Of a stretch of DNA of 64,000 bases, positions 56,657-64,000 are shown one piece after another; position 1 is the stretch's first letter; every line of letters starts with the position of its first letter. This DNA comes from a virus, in the IMG/VR virus record IMGVR_UViG_3300008262_000014, positions 32,001-96,000 of that record; one strand, 5' to 3'. Position numbers and translations under genes: made by a program. Under the pieces are notes generated by a model, which did no database searches, had not been told where the DNA came from, and was given only the letters and a program-made list of their open reading frames with translations.

Positions 56657-57668
56657 TGTTTTTAATTTTAATTATTCTTTTATTTTTTTCTTTTCTGGTT
56701 AATCTTAGGAATGGATTAAAGAATACGGTCCAAGCGTCGTCTCTTTTTGGTAAAACCTGAAATAGACCATCTTCCATCATCATTTTTATTGTGTTTTTAT
56801 ATGATCTACCTTCAGGATCTAATGTCCCATTAATTAATGATTGTATGTCTTCGATTGATTCTTCGGTTAAGAATGGTTGATCTAAACTAACTACCTTGGT
56901 AGTTAATTCATAAAATTCTTCTTCTAAGATACCTTTTTTAGTTACCCCACCCAATAGATTTAATATTACCTTGTTGGTCTTATCATTTTCAAATAGAGTG
57001 TTGGTTTTTTCTCTAATTTCTTCTATTGTCAATGGAGTGTGTTTGATCTCAGGAAATATAGATAATAATCTTTTAATTCCGAAATTTCTGATACCGAAAA
57101 TATTATCAGACGAGTCACCACATAAAATTTTGGCAATCTTTACATTTTTAATGTGAATTTCTTCCTTTAGATAAAAAATTGTATCATTTTCTCTGTATAA
57201 CTTACCGTGACTTGGATTAAAAATTATTGTATTATCGGAAACTAATTGTGTTAAATCACCATCTGATGAATAAATAATTTTATTTTCTTTTGGGGAGTTT
57301 TGAACATAGTATGCAATACAATCATCTGTTTCACAATAATCATATTCACCTTGTCTAACATATACCTCTTCAAGATACTGTTTTATTCTATTCCTTTGAT
57401 AGTTGTACGAACCTATTTCCTCTTCGGATTTTAGTCTAGATCTTCTATTGTCTTTGTATCCTTCATAAATTCGTTTACGTTGAATAGAACCTTCGTGTCC
57501 ATCCCAAAAAACGACAATCTTGTCTAAATTATAGACCTCAAAAGATTTTCTAAGAGTATTAAGAAAATGGTAAATACCTCCGATATGTTGACCCTTATAG
57601 AAGTAATTTTTAACACCGTAAAAACCAATCGTAAGTAAATTGTCCCCATCAACAATGAGTGTTGACAT
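56649..57668 (-). CDS. 5'-3' exonuclease / flap endonuclease (T4 RNase H-like)
   Basis: LIVDGDN, FWDG, YKDNR, ETDDCI, SSDGDLTQL, GDSSDNIFGI..G.KR. Confidence 0.9.
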   Translation of the reverse strand: MSTLIVDGDNLLTIGFYGVKNYFYKGQHIGGIYHFLNTLRKSFEVYNLDKIVVFWDGHEGSIQRKRIYEGYKDNRRSRLKSEEEIGSYNYQRNRIKQYLEEVYVRQGEYDYCETDDCIAYYVQNSPKENKIIYSSDGDLTQLVSDNTIIFNPSHGKLYRENDTIFYLKEEIHIKNVKIAKILCGDSSDNIFGIRNFGIKRLLSIFPEIKHTPLTIEEIREKTNTLFENDKTNKVILNLLGGVTKKGILEEEFYELTTKVVSLDQPFLTEESIEDIQSLINGTLDPEGRSYKNTIKMMMEDGLFQVLPKRDDAWTVFFNPFLRLTRKEKNKRIIKIKNND

Positions 57669-57699
57669 TAAAATTTGTATTATTGGTTAAAAAATATTG

Positions 57700-58707
57700 T
57701 TACCCCTCAATTTCTTCTTCATCACTATATGAAGTTGACTCTACTAAATCAAAATCACCACCTAATTTTTGTGACCAAAATTCAGAATATTTTTTCTTAT
57801 ATTCTTCTTCAGCTTCTTTAGTATCAGGAATATATCCGTTATGTACTGCAATAATCTTACCATCCTTATACGTAAGACCGTTTACGTGATTTTTAATAAT
57901 AGAAATTTTAGTTCTAATGGCATATGCGATTTTTCTTCCATCTTTTCTTGCTTCAATAGGATTGATACCTGCTTTCTTTTGATTACCAAATAAGAAAATT
58001 AATGAAGACGCCAACCATAATGCTTCACCACCTTTTGCCTTAATTTCTGGTTGTCCAAATGGGTTATCCGGTAAGTCGACCCATGGTTGATTAACAACAA
58101 CCATCGTATTAATTAATGGGTTGTTTGCGGTTGGGTAATCTTCTTTTTTAGATTTAGAAATTCTTGAATGAATACCCATACCAATTTTATCAGATAATGC
58201 GGCTGCGTTATGCATTTTACCACCCTTCCCTTCAAAAGTCATTTTACATGGAATAGAACCAACAGAATCCCATAAAAATAATATTGATCTATCAATTTCA
58301 CCTTTTTCTTGTGCGTCTAATATTTCATTAATAAAATCAGTTGCTTGTTCAATATATTCAAAACTATCATTAAAAATGAAATCACCATCCCACTCACCAT
58401 TACTATCTTTTTCGGCCTGTAACCCCAATTCAACAGCGTGATCCCAACTCCATTTTTTTTCTGTTATAATAAAAACAGGTAAATGACCTTTTTTCTGAGC
58501 ATCAGCCGCAGCCAACACTAACGCAGTTGTTTTAGATGAATTTGAATGTCCTAAAAACATATTAATTCCTCCCATTACAGGACCAGGCAATCCACATGCA
58601 TTTAGAAACGCGTCACCACAATAGTAAAAATTTGTTTCTTTATATTTTGTTTTTGATGAAAATTTTTCTTTATAATTGAATTCTTTTTTCTTAATTGACT
58701 TGGCCAT
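57700..58707 (-). CDS. recA: RecA/UvsX-like recombinase
   Basis: Walker A-like GHSNSSKTT, TEKK, WDSVGS, VNQ, KGGEAL, KNHV. Confidence 0.82.
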   Translation of the reverse strand: MAKSIKKKEFNYKEKFSSKTKYKETNFYYCGDAFLNACGLPGPVMGGINMFLGHSNSSKTTALVLAAADAQKKGHLPVFIITEKKWSWDHAVELGLQAEKDSNGEWDGDFIFNDSFEYIEQATDFINEILDAQEKGEIDRSILFLWDSVGSIPCKMTFEGKGGKMHNAAALSDKIGMGIHSRISKSKKEDYPTANNPLINTMVVVNQPWVDLPDNPFGQPEIKAKGGEALWLASSLIFLFGNQKKAGINPIEARKDGRKIAYAIRTKISIIKNHVNGLTYKDGKIIAVHNGYIPDTKEAEEEYKKKYSEFWSQKLGGDFDLVESTSYSDEEEIEG

Positions 58708-58737
58708 TATATGTATATTAAAATATTATTATTAAAA

Positions 58738-58778
58738 AAGAACATAGACACTATGTCTATGTTTGTGTCTATGTTCTT
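58738..58778 (-). terminator. Hairpin terminator between ssb and recA with a duplicated arm
   Basis: aagaacatagacac / gtgtctatgttctt 14 bp inverted repeat, T-run on the minus strand. Confidence 0.7.
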
Positions 58779-58784
58779 ATTGGT

Positions 58785-59615
58785 TTAGAACGGTAAATCA
58801 CTATCTACCTCATCATCTTGTGTATCTTGGGTTGTATGTGTGTTACCAATATTTGTTTCTTGTGTTGAATTGGAAACCCACTTTTTTGAATCTGAATCCC
58901 ATTTTGGGACTTCTCCATTTGCAACCATTTCAAGATATTCAAATGGTTTTTTAGAATAAACATCTGTCCATACCAAATCATCCTCTAACCATTCTTTTGA
59001 TAATTCAGCATCTGTACTAAGTGGTCCCGAATCTTCAGGAATAATTGAACTTATTGATGTATATTCTTTACCATTACCTGATTTTGTTAAAGATAAAGTA
59101 AGGATTAAATCACGACCCTTTTCAGAATCTGTAATATCACCTTTATTTCTCCAAATAGGGACGATTTTATCTAAAACCCCTTCTCCTTTTGTGTTATGTT
59201 TAAATCTCCAAAACTTAACTCCATCTTGTTCGTTTTCTCTATCGATTACTTTTACAATATAAAACTTTTTTGATCTATATTGTCTAGCCAATTCTTTATC
59301 TGAAGGATCTCCGGACATAACTAACCCTTCGGCGACTTCATTCAAAGGTGATCTACCACCTTCTTGTGCTGGATCGTATAATTTAACCCATTTTCCGTCA
59401 ACTTGAATTTCGTGAAATTTAACCTCAATAAATGGTGAAGACCCATCCTTTGTTGGAAGAATTCGAATTCTTTTTTCTTGTGTTTTAACTCCTTTTGGTA
59501 AAATAGTAGTAAAATACTTTTTCATTCTCTCTTCTTGTGAGACTTTGTTTACGTTGCCACCTGTGGCTTGTTTGTTTTTTTCGTACTGTGCGAGTACTGA
59601 ATCTAATGCTGACAT
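58785..59615 (-). CDS. Single-stranded DNA-binding protein (T4 gp32-like)
   Basis: IRILP..PF..FH, VIDR, GVKFWRF, GDITD..GRDL, acidic tail ending DSDLPF. Confidence 0.8.
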   Translation of the reverse strand: MSALDSVLAQYEKNKQATGGNVNKVSQEERMKKYFTTILPKGVKTQEKRIRILPTKDGSSPFIEVKFHEIQVDGKWVKLYDPAQEGGRSPLNEVAEGLVMSGDPSDKELARQYRSKKFYIVKVIDRENEQDGVKFWRFKHNTKGEGVLDKIVPIWRNKGDITDSEKGRDLILTLSLTKSGNGKEYTSISSIIPEDSGPLSTDAELSKEWLEDDLVWTDVYSKKPFEYLEMVANGEVPKWDSDSKKWVSNSTQETNIGNTHTTQDTQDDEVDSDLPF

Positions 59616-59667
59616 GTTTAAAAATTTAAATGTTTATAAAATGATTATGATAAAATATAAATAAAAA

Positions 59668-59691
59668 AAACCAGATTAAAAAATCTGGTTT
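59668..59691. terminator. Hairpin, probable terminator
   Basis: aaaccagatt / aatctggttt inverted repeat flanked by A/T runs. Confidence 0.55.
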
Positions 59692-59718
59692 AATTTTTTT
59701 TAAAAAATATCTTTTTAT

Positions 59719-60090
59719 TTATTCCTGTGTTAGTAAATATGACAATTTGTACATTTCCCCTAAAATTTCATCTCTAATATTTAACAAATTAGTATCTGTT
59801 TGGTCAAGTTCTTTTGTAAAATTAACCAATCCATTTGTTACCGCACTTATAAAGTTATTCACATCTAACTCATTCAAATTTAATAACTCTATTTTTTTAG
59901 TTTCTTCGTCTAAAATAAATCTACCATATTTACCCATTGCCTGCTCGACATACTCATCTATTAAATCATTTATTTTATTATATGTGTCACCAAAAGCAGA
60001 ATGTCTTGCATGGCCCTTAGTTTGCCAATGATTTATTTTTAATTGTAGTTGTAAACCTAAAAAAAAGTTTACATTAGAAGCTATATTCAT
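59719..60090 (-). CDS. Dps/ferritin-like protein (DUF5856-like)
   Basis: HWQTKGHARHSAFGDTY..IDEYVE ferroxidase-type motif; YLL C-terminus. Confidence 0.75.
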   Translation of the reverse strand: MNIASNVNFFLGLQLQLKINHWQTKGHARHSAFGDTYNKINDLIDEYVEQAMGKYGRFILDEETKKIELLNLNELDVNNFISAVTNGLVNFTKELDQTDTNLLNIRDEILGEMYKLSYLLTQE

Positions 60091-60736
60091 CTTCTTCTTG
60101 ATCTGGGTTAAAAGATTGTCTTATGGTGTCGTTTGAATAATTCTCAATTTCATCTTTTGTTAAAATGTATTCATTTTTTCCTGATTTTCTCATTTCGTCC
60201 TGTTTTTTAACAAAAAATTGTTGGGGGTTTTGATTAAATGGATATGAATCTAAGGAACGCATTTCTAATTTTTCTTCTGGTCTTTTTTCTCTAATAGAAT
60301 CAATTTTACCATCTAAAGAATTAATTCTATCCATTACTCTGTCCATTTGAGATAGCTTTTGTTCAAGATCATTTAATTTCGTGAATACATCTTCCATTTT
60401 TGTTAAAACGGCGGTGTGGTCTTGTTTATTATCTTCAATATCTTTTTTAACACTTTTAGTCATATTAACTAAATCTGTAATATCGATTTCTTCTGAATCG
60501 GCAGTAGTGTCACCACCAGATGGAGGTGGAGTAGCAGCACCACCCGGAGGAGGTGGAGGAGCACCTAAATCACCACCAGGAGGGGGAGGGGCAGCGGCAT
60601 CACCCGGGGGAGGTGGAGGAGCACCTAAATCACCACCAGGAGGGGGAGGTGCGTCTTGTTCCATTATTAGTTTATCTGCGTATTTATTAATACTTCTAAA
60701 ACGCTCTAATTCTTCTTGTAATTTTTTCTGTGACAT
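60074..60736 (-). CDS. Proline-rich probable virion protein
   Basis: LQEELERF..LIMEQ, PPPPGG repeats, EIDITDLV, coiled coil, SLDSYPFN. Confidence 0.65.
   Translation of the reverse strand: MSQKKLQEELERFRSINKYADKLIMEQDAPPPPGGDLGAPPPPPGDAAAPPPPGGDLGAPPPPPGGAATPPPSGGDTTADSEEIDITDLVNMTKSVKKDIEDNKQDHTAVLTKMEDVFTKLNDLEQKLSQMDRVMDRINSLDGKIDSIREKRPEEKLEMRSLDSYPFNQNPQQFFVKKQDEMRKSGKNEYILTKDEIENYSNDTIRQSFNPDQEEDEYSF
60541..60649. repeat. 60 bp-period tandem duplication encoding PPPPGGDLGAPPPPPG
   Basis: 60541-60589 is nearly identical to 60601-60649. Confidence 0.85.
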
Positions 60737-60740
60737 ATGA

Positions 60741-60944
60741 TTAATCTTGTAATAATTGTCTACCGTCTTCGGTAATATATTTTTTGTTTATTCTTTCAAC
60801 AATACCATCTTTTGATCTAATTACATAACATTCACCAGTCTGTAAATCACATTCTTCTTTTTCCATACCATCTTGTGAAATGTTCTTTATAACCTTTTTA
60901 TTTAAAAAGTTATCTACTGTTTTATTTAATCTATTATTATCCAT
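60741..60944 (-). CDS. Hypothetical protein
   Basis: Probable start MDNN at 60944; CDLQTGEC, ITEDGRQLL; two TATTTATA motifs upstream. Confidence 0.65.
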   Translation of the reverse strand: MDNNRLNKTVDNFLNKKVIKNISQDGMEKEECDLQTGECYVIRSKDGIVERINKKYITEDGRQLLQD

Positions 60945-60982
60945 ACTTTTTTTATATAAATATCTTATAAATACGAATATTC

Positions 60983-63900
60983 TCAATATAATTTAAAATA
61001 AACAACGTCACCATCTAATAAGGACAATTCTTTCATTAATTTAGATGATAATGCAACTGCATATTTATTACCTGTAACATTACTACGAGTAGATTTAAGT
61101 GATGGACCAACGTGAACTGGACCTTTAACAAACTTAGGATCTGAATTAAGATTGATGTCAGGTATTATTTCAATAGATTTACTATTTCTAGGATTTAAAA
61201 ATGTTACTTTTGATGTAAATATATAATCTGCGGTAGCAACATTAAGTAAGAATCTGGTACCATAAAAATATGAATCTAATTTTGAAATATCACTCCATTT
61301 TAGTCTTTCATTAATATTTGTATCTTTAAAATTACTCACAATACCCATTGACATATTAGGTGATAATGGGTAATTAAATCCACCCATTTCAACAGATTGT
61401 GCTCTAAACCATTTATTGGTGCCGTCAGGTGCGGTAAAATTGGAATTTTCAACAAGTAAAATATATTTCTCATCTGAGAAACCGTTATATGGAACTCCAA
61501 ATATGTTTACTCCCGATTCATTTACCACAACTTCATTTGGTACTTGTTGTGATCCTGGATCGATTTCAAGAGAAATATTATCTTGTACTTTTAACTTTCT
61601 TTCAGTTGATGAAGGATTTGTTTCAAGTTCATTTGTTTTAACGAGTGCTTTATTTAAAATGGCGTCAAATAATGGTTTATATGATGCCATTGTTGATTCT
61701 TTGGGATCAGGTAATGAAGCGTATGGTATCCTCGTACCATTAAAAACAGTAGATATTGAATTTCCTTTAATTGAATGGGTTACATCTGTTATCCAATATG
61801 TACCTTTGAACATAGGGATATTTTTTAAATAAAAATACATTGTTGGTTGTATCATTACATTACCCATTGAAGATACCTGGCACGCGTATGATGATTGTCT
61901 ATATATATCAAATAAACCGATATCAACTTGATATGAGTTAGATCCTGACTCTGATCTACCCAAATTTTCCATCGCAACAAATGATTCTGTGGTATTTTTT
62001 AATGTACTTTGATCTAATTGAACAGATTTAAATATTCCTTGATTCTGGTCACCAAAACTAACCTCAAAGGCCACAACCCTATTTGATTTGTATAAATCTG
62101 GATCATTAAAAACGGCAGGTGACGTTATAATTAATGGATTATTATTTGGATCTTGTATGTTAAATCCATCATCCATAAATTTATAATCTTTACTATATTT
62201 GTTTAAATCTAAATGTTTAGATGTGGGTCCCACATATTGTAATATTACTTTTGGTGAAGATTCCTGATAGTCAACTTCTAAAAATGTTCCAAATAAATTT
62301 TTCGCCAAATTTTTAGATGGTATTGGTTTTGTTTTATTACTATAATTTGCACCATAGAAATTAACATATGACGGTAATGTTCTCATATCAAAACCAGTAC
62401 CTTGAATCAACATTGAAATAACACCATATAAATTTTGTTTTTGATTTTTAGGATTATCTAATGGTGTTAGTTTTTGTATATTAATATATGCTTCAGAACC
62501 AATATCTTTATTTGCCTTATCTAAAAATAGAAACTCCTCAAGTAGTAATCTTTGTCCTATTGAATTTCCTCCAACCCATTTATCATTAAAAGACTTAAAA
62601 ACATTATATAAATCTAATTTTAATATTTCATCACCAAATCCACTCGTTGGTGTTAATTTTCTGGGTCCTTCGGCAGTTGTTTCTAATTTTGATAATTTTG
62701 TTATTAAATTATCTAAAAATTTAGTATGGTTATCAGTTAGAGTTGATGTTTTGTCTACTCTAAAAACATCAGTTTCAATATATTTTATAAAATCATTTTT
62801 TAAAGGTGTCGGTGTATTAATATATTGACCCGCAAATATTTGTACCAATGATCTAAATTGTAAAACATTTTCTTCACTTAATTCAATATCATTTGTGGCG
62901 AAAAACTGTAAATATTTATTATCAATATCTTCACCTAAATATAAATCAATATAACGTGAATTAGACATTATTTGTGAAACATCAAAACTTCTATATGTAA
63001 ATGTACTATTTGGATATAGTTGTGCGAACCCACCATAAACATATGGATCAATTTCTTTTGGATTTGATATCGTAAAACTAATTAAATTTTCTTTACTTAA
63101 TATTTTAGTTGTGATATCTTCTAATTTAGTAGATTGTCTTGTTTTTATCTCATTAATGACTTGTTCGTTAATATTAGTTTCATCAGAACTTTCTTTTTTT
63201 ACTGTACAAATATCTCTTAATAAATCTTGAAAATTATAATATTCAACATTTTTAAATCTTTTATATGGAATTTCTTCTTCAATTTTTTCTTTTGAAAATT
63301 CTAAAAACATACTTTCCATATCTTCCAAAATTTTTGGACTGAATGTTCCAATCAAATCAAGTACTTTTCTAAAGTTATTATCTATTCCAAATATATTATC
63401 ATAGGTTGAACCGGAAACAAATGTTCTACAATATTCTGAATGTTTCGGAAATGTTATACCACTAAAATTATAATTTAATGTATCATCTTCCCATATTATT
63501 CTTGTATATCTTTGTTCTCTGGCGAAAAAATTATATGGTCTGGTATCTAAATTAAAACCGACCGATGGTAATATTGTTAACCTTTGGTCGTCACTTTGGT
63601 ATTTGGAATTATCAACAAATGTTGTCCAAAATCTCATCCCATCAATTTCAGATTTTTCTAAACCCCTGATACCACCTGCGTTTGCATTTACATTAAATGA
63701 ACTGGCGCCGGAGAAAACACTATAATGATTATATCCATTAAGGATTTGATGAAATATAGCATCATAATATGGGTGAATACCAATATCACTATTATTTGAA
63801 TATGTTATATTTGTTGAATTTAATGTAAATGTAAGTCCTGAATTATTATCGAAAAAAACAGAACCATTAAATGGTTTTGTCACATTTGATGTTGTTAAAA

Positions 63901-64000
63901 AACCATCTAATATATCTACATTATCTAATATTTTTCTTTTATATCTATGATAGATAGATCCCCATTTTAATAACAAATGATAAGGAATAAAATGTGTAGA
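60983..64000 (-). CDS. Partial large tail/baseplate-hub-like protein (5' end outside the window)
   Basis: Frame open to the window end; SYACQVSSMGNVMIQPTMYFYLKNIPMFKGTYWITDVTHSI resembles hub (gp27/GpD-like) C-terminal strands. Confidence 0.6.
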   Translation of the reverse strand, partial: STHFIPYHLLLKWGSIYHRYKRKILDNVDILDGFLTTSNVTKPFNGSVFFDNNSGLTFTLNSTNITYSNNSDIGIHPYYDAIFHQILNGYNHYSVFSGASSFNVNANAGGIRGLEKSEIDGMRFWTTFVDNSKYQSDDQRLTILPSVGFNLDTRPYNFFAREQRYTRIIWEDDTLNYNFSGITFPKHSEYCRTFVSGSTYDNIFGIDNNFRKVLDLIGTFSPKILEDMESMFLEFSKEKIEEEIPYKRFKNVEYYNFQDLLRDICTVKKESSDETNINEQVINEIKTRQSTKLEDITTKILSKENLISFTISNPKEIDPYVYGGFAQLYPNSTFTYRSFDVSQIMSNSRYIDLYLGEDIDNKYLQFFATNDIELSEENVLQFRSLVQIFAGQYINTPTPLKNDFIKYIETDVFRVDKTSTLTDNHTKFLDNLITKLSKLETTAEGPRKLTPTSGFGDEILKLDLYNVFKSFNDKWVGGNSIGQRLLLEEFLFLDKANKDIGSEAYINIQKLTPLDNPKNQKQNLYGVISMLIQGTGFDMRTLPSYVNFYGANYSNKTKPIPSKNLAKNLFGTFLEVDYQESSPKVILQYVGPTSKHLDLNKYSKDYKFMDDGFNIQDPNNNPLIITSPAVFNDPDLYKSNRVVAFEVSFGDQNQGIFKSVQLDQSTLKNTTESFVAMENLGRSESGSNSYQVDIGLFDIYRQSSYACQVSSMGNVMIQPTMYFYLKNIPMFKGTYWITDVTHSIKGNSISTVFNGTRIPYASLPDPKESTMASYKPLFDAILNKALVKTNELETNPSSTERKLKVQDNISLEIDPGSQQVPNEVVVNESGVNIFGVPYNGFSDEKYILLVENSNFTAPDGTNKWFRAQSVEMGGFNYPLSPNMSMGIVSNFKDTNINERLKWSDISKLDSYFYGTRFLLNVATADYIFTSKVTFLNPRNSKSIEIIPDINLNSDPKFVKGPVHVGPSLKSTRSNVTGNKYAVALSSKLMKELSLLDGDVVYFKLY

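Noticed and set aside
1707-61832. Numerous short plus-strand ORFs in the ORF track (e.g. 3390-3800, 8049-8483, 22607-23080, 32132-32479, 60381-60740)
   Set aside because: Antisense shadows of long minus-strand genes with no recognisable motifs
1-64000. Stop-codon reassignment as seen in some large phages
   Set aside because: Genes are full length and tightly packed under the standard code; TAA, TGA and TAG all end recognisable genes (e.g. TAG ends clpP)
1-64000. tRNA/rRNA genes, introns or inteins in nrdJ, helicase or recA
   Set aside because: No cloverleaf or T-loop signature seen in the short intergenic gaps; protein lengths and motifs are continuous with no intein termini

Overview
AT-rich, gene-dense segment of a large (jumbo-type) contractile-tailed phage, most likely infecting Bacteroidota. 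Host evidence: Bacteroidota-type TTTG-N19-TAnnTTTG promoters, a host-like sigma-70 lacking region 1.1, Bacteroidota-like ClpP and Hc1, and no obvious Shine-Dalgarno sites. All but two genes are on the minus strand. From right to left: partial baseplate-hub-like protein; Dps-like, SSB, RecA, 5'-3' exonuclease, DnaB-like helicase and class II ribonucleotide reductase; a ~24 kb baseplate/tail block (gp25, gp6, gp7/gpI-like and modular Cys-rich Thr/Pro-linker proteins); RuvC, primase, PD-(D/E)xK nuclease, SbcD/SbcC; ClpP, sigma factor and a candidate lysis/envelope cassette; probable internal head proteins; Hc1, adenine methylase, NusG, AAA ATPase, thioredoxin and glutaredoxin; and a long tail fibre. 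Most notable unexplained signals: two GC-rich structured RNA candidates (a pseudoknotted one at 52251-52340 and a GNRA-hairpin/terminator one at 27355-27430), a pervasive [S/T]-G-x-T motif concentrated in virion proteins, a TATTTAT(A) promoter-like motif, and a phage NusG. All calls come from reading motifs by eye; no database searches were run.
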